Origin: Raillietiella orientalis | Taxonomy: Eukaryota | Length of the DNA: 64,000 bases | Assembly (NCBI GenBank): GCA_036172245.1 | Contig: JAYWIR010000031.1 | Coordinates: 2,542,001-2,606,000 of the forward strand | Reading direction: 5' to 3' | Part shown: positions 14,350 through 27,198 of the stretch, piece by piece | Layout: each line of letters begins with the position of its first letter | How positions within the stretch are numbered: the first letter of the stretch is position 1 | Program-made: the position numbers and the translations under genes | Notes under the pieces: model-generated | What the model was told of the DNA's origin: nothing | The model's input: the letters and a program-made list of their open reading frames with translations, nothing else | Databases searched by the model: none

Positions 14350-14690
14350 TCGGTTTTTCCCGACAAGCGGGGAATGGGTGAATTTCTTTAACGACATTGA
14401 ATCGACAGTTACAGTAACACACTTTTGCAGACACTTTCCCAAGTGCTCCTGCACACGACGCTTCAGATCAGAATTGTCACATTCTGCATTCGCTTTGGAA
14501 AAATATTTCTCTCTGTTGGGGGAGGGGGCACGAGGGTCTGCTGGGCAGTCCACTCACTTGAGCCACTTCCGCCACCATTTTCAAGATGTAGAGGGTATCC
14601 TGCCGCAGTTCCTGATCCCTATCTCTCTCTTGATGACTCCTTGGACGATAGTAGTGGCAGGAGCTGTCGCTCCGGTGTTCCTCAGCTTTG
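14350..14690 (-). repeat. Inverted second copy of 32110-32455 (RS-like gene fragment)
   Basis: The reverse complement caaagctgaggaacaccggagcgacagctcctgccactactatcgtccaaggagtcatcaag...tcgttaaagaaattcaccc matches 32110-32455 with few substitutions or indels. The ORF track shows the same peptides at both loci. Confidence 0.9.
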
Positions 14691-15677
14691 GTCAAAGGTC
14701 AAGTCGGCTACTAAACAAAGATGATCAATGCAAAGCTGCTACAGATTTGTGCACCGTTCTTGATGTTGACAGAAACTTCCACCTGGGAGGTGTCGAACCT
14801 ATCCCACTTGTTAGCGGTCTGGGATGACCGTTGCGCGCGTTTAAGCTCAGTGCATGACCTGCCTGTGGCATGTTGGCTTGACCTTGCTCTAGGCGCAGAC
14901 TTTCCTGTGGTTTCCCGGGGCTCCAGTGGACTTGGATCTCCGGTGTACCTTAAACGGGCCGTGTGCGGCGCGTGTGGCTTGAACTGGTCTTCGTGGACGT
15001 CCTTTTGCATGGAAGACACGCGAGCTGTCTTCAGCTTGCGCCTCGTCCTTTCGGAATGCTGTAGCCGCGCAGAAAATCGCGCGATCCCTGGCGCTCCCCT
15101 CGCACGGGGCGCATGAAACAGCAAACTCCTCTCTTAGGGAGTGCGCGCGGCAGCTGCCTGCGTCAAACGCAACGCACTTCTGGCTTTCAGCCAAAAAGTG
15201 GCTGCCGGGCGTCTACCGTCGCTCTAAACTCTCCCGGTCGAGTGGCCGCGAACCGTCCCCGTTCCCATCCCCCTGATCACGGTGATTTCGGAGAAAGACA
15301 TGCATCACGGACGGGGGACCTTCAAAACGCTCGGTCTTTGCCTTCGTATTGATGGATGATGTCTTCTGTGCTCTGCTTTCGGGCTCACTTAGCAGGGAAG
15401 CAGACTCCTCGATGTTTCCAAGCGACCTTCGCTTCGGATGCTCTCAAAGCTGCTCGAATAAGCTCCTGTAATGAAAGGAATGAAGAGCAAGAGCAAGAAA
15501 GGGTTTCCTGCCCAATTCTATCAGCCGATAGTCGCAACTTGATCCTTCTCTTTCTCCATGCATCCTTTGGACCGCTTTGCGCCGCCTTGGAAGAGAGTTC
15601 AGCGGTGCTCTGTGCGTCGCATGAGGCGACGTCAATCTCCAGCCTCTCCCGGAGGATTCTGTTCTTGAATCTCTCAA

Positions 15678-16315
15678 GGTGGCCGTGTGGCTGCGGTCTC
15701 TACACATGGCACCGAGAGTTGCGGGTTCGAATCCGACCCGAGGAAGAATCGACGCCGAGAAATGGAAGGTGCGTCGTGGGTTTCGAATTCCCCACGCAGG
15801 ATGACTCTGGTTGGCCTATTCGGGTGCTACACTGGTGAATGCCGGAAACCCCCGAATGCCCCCACTGAATGGCCAGGATTGGAAATTGAACCTCTCGGAT
15901 CTTTTCAGGAATCAAGGAGTCCTCCGATGTTGCCCTCCTGTTGTGGACGTGCAGCCATATCATGGAGTTGGTTGATACCTTCCTCGGGTGGTTTGTCTCT
16001 TTACAGTGCAAAAAGCGGGCTACTCGCTTCGGGGAACGCTCTTCGGAGAAATGAGGAATTGTCCTTTCGGGGTTCTCTTCAGAGGAGCATCTTCTCCGGA
16101 TTCTGGATTCCCTCCGGAAAAGAAAATGAGGAGCGGCCCCCGCAAACAGGATAGTCCCTCCGGAGAGAATAAGGAAGAGATTCTCTTCGAGGCTAACTCC
16201 TAGGAGTAGCAGAAGAACGAACTTCTTCCTTCGAAGTCTTTCTGGATCCACAAAGTTACCATCTGGGGTTACCTCCTAGCCTGAAGAGTTACGTGCACTC
16301 TCGGTTGGCGTGGGC
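15678..16315 (+). mobile_element. tRNA-headed SINE-like repeat, copy A
   Basis: Pol III A-box-like TGGCCGTGTGG (15680-15690) and B-box GGTTCGAATCC (15724-15734). The body is shared with copies B-D (caggatga..ctggttgg; ggattggaa..cc; aggaatcaaggag; 3' ctgaagagttac..gcac..ggtggcgtgg). Confidence 0.7.
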
Positions 16316-17789
16316 GTATTTAAAGAGTTTCATGAGCCCCCCTTCGAAGGCGAACGGTTCTTCAGCATTCCTTGATAACCAAAAATGAAAAGCCGGAAAG
16401 AAAGCAGTGGGAACGAAAGAACCCCAAAGGATTTCCATCTATCTCTGGAGTAGATTGCAGCCTCCGACCTTGCACACCATTTTGCATTGCAAGTCGGTGA
16501 AGGATTTCCATCATTCAAACGTCAGGACGCTGCTATCCCGAGTGTCCCACTCCAAGGACTTGTACGCTGGGGCGACCTGCTCGACATCCTTCCAGAGGAC
16601 CTGGATTGGCCTCCAGCGTGCTGGTAACAGTGCCACTCATCCCCTCAAGTGGCAGGAGTTGGCGTTTGCTGTTGTTGCGTGTGCGAATCCCTTGCAAAGC
16701 CCACCTTCACTATTGGAGACAGGGGAGCGTGGGCTCACATTGCGACAGGTGCGGGAAGAAAGCAACCCTCATGAACCTGCTGTTAGAATGTGCTGGACAT
16801 TTTCAAGAGTCTCTTCGTGCGGGTCGCTCTGCAGTCAACCGCGTCCTCTAGCACTTCTCTGCTGTGTCCGCGGAATCAAGGCAGCCTGGAACGAGGAAAG
16901 AAAGGGCGTTATCCACTGGCCGCGAATCTTCCTGAGAACGCAATTCCGTGGATGCAGCAAAGTGCTGCTATTGAGCTGCACAAAAAGGAGCCATAAAACG
17001 TCCCTAAAGGTTGCTGTCGAGGGTTCCTAGAGGACTCGCAGAAAAGCGTTCCTAAAGGGGCAGGAGGGTAACACAATCCACTAGCAGGTGAGGATGGGAT
17101 TCCCGTTCCCCACACCTGGCACAGTCCGGAATCACTCTCTCCAGCGTTCAGTGGTGTCGGCGTGCGCTGCAGAGGAAATCCCAGTGCTACAGCAGCAGTG
17201 CCGACTCCTGCCATTCCATGGGAAGGGTGCTGCTGTTCTTGAGCTCTGGGGGACACTTCAGGTCACCTCTAGTAATGCCAAGCAGCTCGCCCCAGAAATG
17301 CAGTTCCTACGGAAAAGCACTTGGGGTGCCGGCTGCCCATGGTTCACCCACTCATTGTCTTTCTCCTGCTAGTGATCTCGCGGGAGACTTCCCACCTCGC
17401 TGGTTGGACGCTGCCGGTTGTCTTCCTCAGGGAAGGCAGCGCTGTATCAGGGGGAGGTCTGCTCCGCCCACGCTAATGCTGAGCGCTGAATGCTGACCCT
17501 CTAGGATCTTCCGAAGCGAACAGCGGGCGTAGTCACAAACAAGTCTGTTAGGTGAGTGGTGTCTGCAGGAGGAGCGCGCAGCACGGAAATCGGAGCGGCT
17601 CGCGGCCTCCCTCGCACCGAAGGTCCCGCCGACCGCGAGTGGACACCGGGAATTTGGTCGCCGGCATTACTGGGGCTGCCACCCTCGGGGCGGAAGAGCT
17701 GCACGAGGGGAAGAAGTCCGACTTTCAGGTGCTCAAGCAAGCGAGAGTTGGTGGAAGGAGGTCGTCCGCGTTGTCCCCGGAGCATCTTG

Positions 17790-18468
17790 TGGAATATTGT
17801 GGGTTCGAAAAGGGAAGTTCCCGGGGAGAAGTGAAGCGGGGATTCCTGCGCATCCGAAAAGTTGACTTCATTCGGATGAGGCACTGGTAGAGGCTAAAAC
17901 TGGATGTCCCCGATCAGTGGCCGGAATTGGGAGTCGACCCTCCAGGGTCCTTTTTCCCCTTCGGTTGAGCAGACCTCTTCTTCGAGGGGGATCCTCCGTA
18001 TCGTACCATGGAGTTAATGTGTTACCACCTCTCTAGAGAGTGCAGAGAAGCGTGCCGCTCCTTTCGAGGCGCACCCTTCTGAATTTCGGAAATGTCCCTT
18101 CAGGATTCTCCGCGGAGGAGTAAAAAGGAGCGGTTCTCTTGCGAACTCCCTCTGGAGTTGTCACCCGGTCGCGTCGGGGCATTTATTGATTAGAATAAAC
18201 TTTCCGAAGAAATTCTCACTATCAGATCCTTTCCACGTACCCTTCGGAGAAGAAAAATGGAGAGGACCTCTCCGAGGATCCCTCCAGAGAGAATAAAGAG
18301 GTTTCATTAGAAATCCCCTTCGAAGACAACCAGGGTGAAGGTTCTCTCCTCCCCAAGCTTGAAAGGAACGGACTCTCAGAACCCTTCCTGGATTCATAGG
18401 GCGGTTCTCTCCCGGGATATCCCCTATCTTGAAGAATTACACGCACCTTCAGATGGCGTGGAACAGCG
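17790..18468 (+). mobile_element. SINE-like repeat, copy B (more degenerate head)
   Basis: gggttcgaaa near 17801; cactggtagaggctaaaac..tggccggaattgggagtcgaccctccagggtcc; 3' aggaacggactctc..ccttcctggattca..cccctatcttgaagaattacacgcaccttcagatggcgtgg aligns by eye with copies A, C and D. Confidence 0.6.
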
Positions 18469-19977
18469 TTAAAGAGCTGCGTAAGCCACCAGGCAGCTCT
18501 TGAGGTACTCAGCGAACCAAAAAAAAGGCTGCGAGAGAGGCGTGCCCCGGACGGAAGCTCACGCAACGTCGGGAGCGAAGCACCAACTTCATCCAAGGAA
18601 TTGGGTCGCGCGAAGGGACTGGGTCATCCTTGCCACTGAGCAGACCACCTGCCAAGGAGTCTCCTCGCCTCCTGGTCTGTCCACCTGCGGAAGATGGCGG
18701 ATGAAAATCTGGTGATGGTTCTTAATCCTCATATAAGGCAAAAACCCGGGGGCCCTTTTTTCTTATTTAAGGTCATCTGAGAGGTGAGCAGAAGCTCTTC
18801 TTTGCACCAGATGGTCACACAGAAGAAATCTCCCAGTTCCTCACATACGTGCTTGCGTTCCCGTAGAGCGCCAGAATTGTACGTTAGTGGAAAAAGCTGC
18901 CGGCAAGGTACTTTCCTTGCCACTGCCCGCTATCCATCCGTCGATCTCTTGAAATCCCTTCAGAGGAGGCTGGCCTCAGCGCTCCTGCGCGCTGAGGACA
19001 CCGCCGAGGAGGACTTGCTGAGGCGATTCTCCGCAAGTGATGGAGTCGCGACGGACACTGCGGTTGCGAGGACACGCTGCATCCTCTCTATCGTCTCAGC
19101 CCGCCATTTGTTGGGATTTCAGGCATAACAACGGGAAGTCAAGAAGGACATCGCTGTCACCCAGAGCCGGCTCTGAAAGAAAGGAACGACCGACACCGGT
19201 AACCCTACCCTCCCTTTATTTATTATTTTTTTAATTTTCCCTTTCCAGATCGTTCCGGAGTTTTGGTTTTTCAACAAGACAACGAGACAAACCGGATACC
19301 CTCGTCCCCAGCCTCCCCTTTTTTTTATTCACTTCTTGTCCCTTTCCTCCCGTCTAGGACTTTAGCAACGTCCACCTGCGTGTCGGTGCGCCCTCCCCTT
19401 GAACTTCTTCGGTTTCCTGACGATGCTTTGGTTTTGTTTCGGGAGCAGTTTTTCCCAATTCGTCCGTCTCTTTTTCTCAAGGAAACGTCCCGGCGCCACT
19501 GGGTGAAAATCCACCCCTTTGTGGAGTTCCGCATTGGGCGCTCGTGTAGCGAGTTTCTCCTCGAGTTTCCTTGAGGAAGAGCATGGGTTTCCGGTTTAGC
19601 AGCATCTTCTTGAGCTCTCCCCCACTGTTGCGAAGGAGAGTCTCTGGAGGATGCTGTTATTCAACAAAGTTGAACAGCAAAGTTAACCGACCGAAAGAGC
19701 TCACCAGCGAAGAAGTTCTTTGCGAAATTTGAGCGCTGCTTTCATAGTCGCGCTGGGGTGGTCCAAGCGCTGCTTGCTGTTTGGCGCAGATTAATCCGGG
19801 CATCGTTTGCTTCTGCAGGGAGCCCTCGCTTTCAGTCCTTCTTCATATGAAGATATGCAGACTACGGCCTGCTGGAACGCAGACCTGACTGTCAGTGCTT
19901 CAACAGAAGTATGAGCTGTGGTTTGGTGATGCAATCATCATGAGTTCAAGAAATTCTGTTCTTTCAGGCTCTCTTAC

Positions 19978-20037
19978 TTTTTAATGTCGATTTTTGCTGG
20001 TCCTCCCACTTCCAGTACTCAGTTGAACCAGACCCAT
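19978..20037 (-). CDS. Probable 60-nt coding exon of an unidentified gene
   Basis: Strong acceptor ttttctcttcag and donor A|gtaaga; open frame GSGSTEYWKWEDQQKSTLK; further open exon-like segments lie just downstream (19.5-19.9 kb). Confidence 0.3.
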
Positions 20038-23000
20038 CTGAAGAGAAAATTTTTCTTCTCTTTGTTCTTTTCAAGTCTCCAGCGGCGCGTAAAGATTTCT
20101 TTTCTTCCTTCCAGATTGTTTTTTTTATTTATTGTCCCTCTGGTCTGTTTTCCGATTCCATGTGGTGAGGTCAGATGCAAGCTCCGAGAGAAGTAAACTA
20201 CCAATGGAGTCTGTCACCCCTAGGGCGTTACCAAGGTTTTTGGATCAAGAGTGCTGGCCCAAAAGCTCAGCTTCCGTTATCATTAAATGTGTCCTTCCCA
20301 AAAAAAATCTTTTAATATCCAACATGGAACCTCACCAAGCATCTGTCTGAACCAATTTCTTCCATTCCTTGGAACCTCTTTTGAAACGTCATCCAGTCAC
20401 ACGCCTTCCATCTCTGCAAGGACCAACTCCATCGCCGAAACCAGGAGCACCAAGGCATTCTTGATTTCAGCTCTTCTTCCATTGGCATCAGACCACCGAC
20501 CGTTAGTGATAGTGTGGAGGGGGATGTTGGGCTAAGTAATAGGTATTGTGTTTTATTGATGGTTTTAGTTTTATAGTGGTGATGGGAAGTGGTATAATTG
20601 TGGAGAAAATTGAAAGATTCATATTGTCTATCATGGAGAAATATGTGGCAATTGGGGGAGTATTTGTTGGTTTGTTGATGATGAAGGTGGTAAATTTACT
20701 GGTGAAGAGTTGAAGAAACGTGATGATAGCAGTTATGAGGTTGAAGTTGATAAGAAGACTTGTAGTAAGAAATTGATTGATGAGGATTAGTATAATTAGA
20801 GAAATGGTTGATAAAGGATAGATGGAGTGAGGGGATGTATGGTATGTAGGGTGGTTCATGTTCTTAGGAAGAAGGCCATTGTTTATAATGTGTTAGAAAG
20901 TAAATATTTATAGTGTATTTCGTATTTTGTTATTTGAGATGGATAGTTTTCTTACAAATGGTCGTTATGGTTGGATTTGAATTTATGGACTGGTATGCCG
21001 GAGTTGCGGAACTGCTTTATCATCTCTCGACAGCTCCCTTTCGTTTCTGATCAAGGTTCGTGTTGCTCCCCTATCCTCCTTCAAGCATCTCCACCTTGCT
21101 CTCTTTGACTCCTGAATTGGCATCTTGTCTAGCACGCCGAAAATTTTCGCGGCCACAAACCAAAGTTCCTCTTCGCAGCTTCCATTTCCGAACGCCGCGT
21201 TCCGGTTCCGAGACCACGAAAGCAGCTTTGGTAAGCGGATGCTGCGTCCGGAAAGAGACTTCTCCTTTTCGAGGAGTTTCCAGAAACCTCCTCTTCGGTT
21301 TTCATTTCAGAAGATTCCCGATTCCCTAGGCACTCCGTTACGGAAGTCGGCGATTCGACCTTGGGGCCGGCAGTTTCGCGCGCGAAACCAACGGACGTTT
21401 CCCACCCCCGCTCACGACGTCTGCACCCAGAGATCACTCGCGCGTCGAGATTTCGAACCAATCGGACGGAATCATTCCTGCATCCTTCTCACTCCTCAAG
21501 CGTGCACAGCCCGAAACTCACGGGCATCTCCCAAATACATCTGCATCTCTAAGCGTTCCCTTATATTGTCGTTCCTCTTTTTTTTTTCTGATTTTTTGCT
21601 GTTTTTTTTTTTTGGTTTTGGGAGGGGGAGGGGGTAGGGTCCCTCAGATTATTCATTCACTGTCCCATCATTACTGTTCCCCTTTGTAGCGAGTAGCAGA
21701 GCTGCCTCCCTACCTGCATTTCTGGTTGTCTGATTAGTGAACTACCGAAAGAATTCCCAGCTATAAAGATGAATTCTAGAGGTGACCTTTCAGAAGCCAG
21801 GCCAAAAAAAAATAAGATGAAATAAAATGGTGGGGACATCGCTAAACACAGGAAAGAAAAGTCGTCCGTTGAATCCGACCCGTCCGCCTCCCTTCCCCCA
21901 AGAGTGTTACATCAGCGCACTTGCTCCTCCTCAGAAATACGTGTTTGGAGATCTTTTTTGTTCCTCCTTATGTGAGGAAGGGACTTCCCAGACGAAACGC
22001 CTGCGTTACCAAGGAGACTCGTGTGATCCTATGACCGACCCAACCCTAATTGCAAGATCAGCTTGGCTGTCCGTCCTTTTTTTTGCTAAACGAACGAGAA
22101 ATCTCTTTCGCACAATTGGAAAATCTTGTAGTGCTTGTTCTTGAGCTCATGCTGGGAAGCAAGACATCTGAAGAAGCAGCGATGTGTATGGAGAAAGAAT
22201 GAGAGATTCCCACAGTTCCAGACCATCCATTCCCAATCAGCACATTTACGGGCCCTGGTGCAAGGAGTACAGTAAGAATACAAGCAGGAAAAATGGTTCA
22301 TCGTCTTCCAAGAATGTTTGCTTCGTTCTGGATTTTTCTGGAAGCAGCTCCCGAATGGCAGGGAAACTGAATCCACCAGAACAAACCAAACGGATCGGGA
22401 CACGCTCAAACACTTGCACGGAAGATAAAGGCTCCCTCGCTCATCCTCCTGAAGTGAGGTAACTTCATGAGCATTCTAGAGCAGCACACATCTGTTCGTG
22501 AACAAGTGTGTGAAACTAGGGGCGATTCTTCCCATGGGTATTTTCTATTGAAATCTTGGGATTATTGGCTTTGAACGTTCATCATCACACGCGTTGTGTT
22601 TTGTGTCACAGCCGAAAATTGCACGGAGTTTCTGTAAGCTCGGTGTTTACCAGAGCTGGAGCGCTTCGCCGAAGGCCTCAATAACCACACGCCATTTCTT
22701 GATGCCACTCAGCCATCTATAGACTGGGAACCGAACTGTCATATTATTCCTTGTTATTTTTCGTTTTCACCCAAACCTACCGAGTTCGGCCTCCTGCTGA
22801 CTGTGGCAGACGCGCTGCTTGATCCTTGCGGGAAACTCCCACCTCCATCGAAGGCAATAAAAGACGGCCATGTTATCCTGCATGTGCCATGCTGCAAATG
22901 GCGGCAGAAAAGTGGCAGTGATACATACTGAGCAACGGATTCGACAAGCAGATAATGTCTCTCAGCCGGAACAGTTCGATATCTCGGAAACACTCTTTTC

Positions 23001-26000
23001 CGATACTTCGGAATTTCTGGTAGGTGAGAATTCGGCACCTCCTCCAGCGAAAGATCGGCCACCACCGGCAACGGAAGTTTGCACGAGCGTTTTTCTACGT
23101 GCTCCCGAACTGCTTCCGAGATCCTGAAAGCAGGTCACACACGTCACAGGATGAAATTTCTCCCGGGAAGAGCGCCAATACACGGAGCGGCAGGCAAAAT
23201 CGGCATCGCTCCTTCGAAAGATCCCCAACGGGCAAGCCGATCATATTCTGTTTTGCATCCCCCAAACACATCCCAGTTGACCAGTATCTGAGTCCAGTTC
23301 AGGGTTGATTTTGCGACCTGCATTCCACCTGTGTGGCGAACGCCTGCTTTGTCAACCACCGACGTTTCATCCATCACTTTTTGGCTCTCGGCTGCGCTTG
23401 ATATTTGGAACACAGCCGATCTCCGATTGTCAGTGTGCTTTCGTTGCGGTGTGCACTCGGGGCACACTGCAGTGAGCGGTGTTTCCAAGGCAGCATTCTG
23501 TTATTCTGTTTTCTCAGCTCACAGGGAAGAAAGAATCGCAATCATTTCGAAATCATTTTGTCAGAAGAATTAGAGCTAAGAATTAGGGCCTTCCCTGTTG
23601 TTCCTGCTCCGGCCGGCCCGGCCCGTCTCATCACATGCAGGTTTTTGCATGTGCTCCGAAATTCGTTTCTTATCCTTGTTGTACGACCGATTGGTTCTTG
23701 ATCATCTTGATCTCTTGTCGTAAAAGACTGTGCGTTGTTAAAGTCGTGTTGGTCCACGCAGAATACTGTGCTCCACGAGTGATGAGTTCAACGTCTTCGA
23801 ATTTCTCCATGACGAATGAAGATTTGACAGCAGAATGCATTCTGGAGAAACGAGAGGAAAATAAATGATCGACATTGAAAACAGCCAGTTCGCACATCTT
23901 CATTCCCATCGAGGCTGACAGGAATCGGCGGCGACCTCAGTTCATTTGTGGACATTTGAAGGCCGAAACGGCGCCTTCGGTAAAGATCCGAATGACTGAC
24001 CTCTACACTATTCGTGATACCCCGATGCTTTTGTCAGATTGGTTTCCTCGGACAGAAGCAAGCGTGACCGAGCGAACTTGTTTCTCATTTGCTCTTTGGA
24101 ATTATCCGCGTTCGCTTGCGTCCTTCGGTCTGTGGTCTCCACTGCCAGAAGCTGTTGAGCGTGCCTTCCAGATGAGCTCGGTGCCTTCCTGCCAGCAAGT
24201 TCACGCTAGTAGCAGGGAGAGAACCAACGAAGCAGGTCAAGGGACAACCTTCGTGACTTCCGCTTTCGAATGTGCCAGCCTATTTATTCACGTTAAATAG
24301 AGAAATAGATGGAAACATAGCAGACATGGAGAGCAAAAGCCGAACGACACGATTTTTCTTGCAATTCATTTTTTGTCCCTTGCCTAAAAAGATAATCCAG
24401 CTCTAAAGTGTCCAAATACCCTTGTCAGTAGCTTGAGCAAGAACGTGTTGTCAATGCCGCTGGAAGCTTGCGATTTCTAACAGTTTTCGAATTTCTTACA
24501 AAACAGTTATTCCTCTCAGAAGCTTCGGAGTTGTTGGAAATGATGGACTGCAAATGCCGCTTCTCCCACCTTTCAGCTGGAAGACCATTCTATCTCAAGT
24601 GATGCCCGAATTTCTGATGCATCACAGCGTCATGGCAGGCTACCTAAATCGGCGTCCCTGACGAAGAGTAATAGTATCTGCCTCAAGCAGTGATGTGGTC
24701 ATCCTCGTGGGGATGTTGATGGACATGTGGTTGATGCCCCATCACACAGCTGATTGAAGCTTCGGTTCGTGTGCCTTCCGTGCTCGGAGATTCCGTGCAA
24801 ACTGCTGATGTATCAACAAGATGCACGCGTATTTTTTTTCGCTATTTGGAATCGAAAAGTTTTTCCTCTCTCCAAAGAAACTCTCCAAAGCTTTGCTTCC
24901 CTAACCTACTAACTTGGTAGAGATGTTCCACCTGCTTGGGTCCGCTGAAACGCCGGAGGGGCACGGTAAAGACGTTTAGAAAATGCAGTTCCTTGCCATT
25001 TTTGTTTGGAGACGTCTGCTATTCCGATTCGCAGTTCGTTACACTCTTTGAAGGGCAAATGCATAAGTTTGCAAGAAAACGACTGATCCCAAATGAGAGA
25101 GCTCCTCGAATTCTTGATCGCTACATCTAGAGTTCATCTTTAGATTTCATCTATTTCGTTTTAGAGATTTGGTTGCGAATCACATCAACCAATTCATTGG
25201 TCTTGCAAAAAAAAAATAAATTGCAGATGTTTCCGTTTCAAAATCCGAGATGGAAGCATTCAGATTCGATCGTAAACTTGCACCATGCACATGCTGATGC
25301 TGCAAGTGCCTCAAACAAAATTGGGAAGTTAAAACCCTAAGAAAGAAACAAACAAACAAATGGTCATTTTTCTTCGAAACAGGATTTCCGAATGCTTCAA
25401 TTTCCCAAAGACACCGAGAATCGAGAACAGTGATCGTATGAACACGGCATCTCTGTCATTGCCACGTGCCATGCACCGAAGGGAGCTTTAAAGACCGTCA
25501 AACTTCGAAACCCATGAATGCCGTAGGGTGGGCAAACGCCTCGATGCTCTTCGTATGCTATTTCTTCCAATGGCACGCGCTCTTCGCGGAGTTACTGCAG
25601 ACTATCGGCTTCGCTGAGACAAACAAAGTGACCCTAATAAAACGGGCACGGAATCGGGCCAGAACCAAGACGTTACTACTAAGCAGTCATCTAACGTATT
25701 TGTCAACATGCAGTGTTCTGCTGCCATGTGGTGCATGCGTGCAGAGGGCAGCAGTAAACTTTCTTTCGATTCCCGAGTCACCGTTCCGACCGACTCGTTC
25801 ATCTCATAGGTTCCTTCATTCCTTCCCGACGCCTGGGGCGATCCAATTGGATGTCTACTGCCTAGATACCGGACTGACTAACAGCTTATATGCTGAAACC
25901 GCAAAAAGTTCCAAGTTTCCATTCACCTATCGACCATCCTTCAACAACTGTTTCCATCCTCGTAATTTCAAGCCGTTTATTAACATACTTGAATACATAC

Positions 26001-26603
26001 ACTAATACTGAGACCTGCGTTCATGAACCCAGGAACCTGAAGCCACATTTCTGAAAGAAGTTTTTACACTTGGTTCCTCAAGGTAGAAAGCAAAGCACAA
26101 GGGAGAACAGCATAATAATGAATAAATTAGATTGGATTTGGCTCATTATGGGTGGCTCCTGAGATCTGGGTAAAGAAGGAGAAAGGAGGGAGGCAGTGAT
26201 TCCCGAAGAATTCTACAAGGTGTGCACAATCCCTAGGCAATGAGTCTTAGTCAGGGCTGCTGCATTGGCTGCTACATGATTGCCACGGCAAACAAGGAGG
26301 GTTACCTCCACATTTGCTTACTTTGCACTCACTTGTATGAAGATTGTGACGCCACTCAAACAGCACAAGATACCAAGTGCTGCTGCTGGCAGTGATGCTG
26401 ACAATTTGGGAGACAACTACAGCATGAGATCTTGGAGGACTTTATCCCTTCTACCTGCGTTATTGAGAGAAAATAAAGCAAGCACGTGTCAGGTATGAAC
26501 ACATTATGAAGTCATTTATCAAATATAACCATTCCTCAGGGAAACTCCAATGACCTGCTTCCATCCATTGCCTTGGGTTAGCTACTAACAGATATCAAGC
26601 CAG

Positions 26604-26721
26604 CAATCACTGTTTCTGGTTTGATATTATCTCTTAGTACTATCTCTAATCCATTATCTGATTAGTAGCTAAGCAAGGCACTAGCTACTAATAGATAATA
26701 TCAAACCAGAAACAGTGATTG
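26604..26721. repeat. Perfect 29-bp inverted repeat with nested 11-bp hairpin
   Basis: CAATCACTGTTTCTGGTTTGATATTATCT (26604-26632) / AGATAATATCAAACCAGAAACAGTGATTG (26693-26721); inner ATTAGTAGCTA / TAGCTACTAAT (26661-26692). Confidence 0.9.
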
Positions 26722-27071
26722 TGTTGGTGTAGAGTTGCATCCATACTCATTTATTGTTACACACTGAGATTAGTAAGACTGCACACGGTCAAGATAGAAC
26801 ATGGATAGAGTGGAAAGCAGCATCCACTCAATGAGTGCAGAGCAACTTTCAGTAGCTTCCAGAAATATCATTCCTGAAATCAGTGATTGTGATAAAAGAA
26901 AAGAGAATTCCCAAAACATTAAGTGGAGAGTTTTTTCTGGAATGGAAGCTCTCTTTAATCACACATCAAATAACCATAGATCCACAACTAATATAAAATT
27001 CTGAATTGATGATTCTGCGATAGAATTCTGCAAGTACTTAAGAAAAACATATTCATGATCGTGAACAGTAC

Positions 27072-27077
27072 TTTATT
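27072..27077 (-). promoter_or_regulatory. Probable polyadenylation signal (AATAAA) of MOB4
   Basis: TTTATT on the plus strand, ~120 nt downstream of the MOB4 stop codon. Confidence 0.5.
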
Positions 27078-27198
27078 AATAAGATACTGAATCACTTACA
27101 TCCATTTACATACAATAAATTCTACATCTTTAGACACTGGTTTCAAGAGCATGATTAAAAACCTGAAACCAAACTCCACAGTACAATTCATGAATTAT

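Noticed and set aside
15678..15745. Functional tRNA gene
   Set aside because: A/B boxes are present but I could not build a cloverleaf (no acceptor or anticodon stems), there is no T-run terminator, and it continues into a repeat body, so it is a SINE head.
20503..20859. Minus-strand I/L/T/S-rich ORF resembling a mitochondrial membrane protein (NUMT)
   Set aside because: No recognisable ND/ATP6/COX motif; any G-poor strand translates this way. Kept only as an alternative explanation of the skewed patch.
23760..23810. MEKFEDVELITRGAQ resembling a NEK/CDK kinase N-terminus
   Set aside because: It lacks GxGxxG, and no VAIK/HRD/DFG exons were found downstream.
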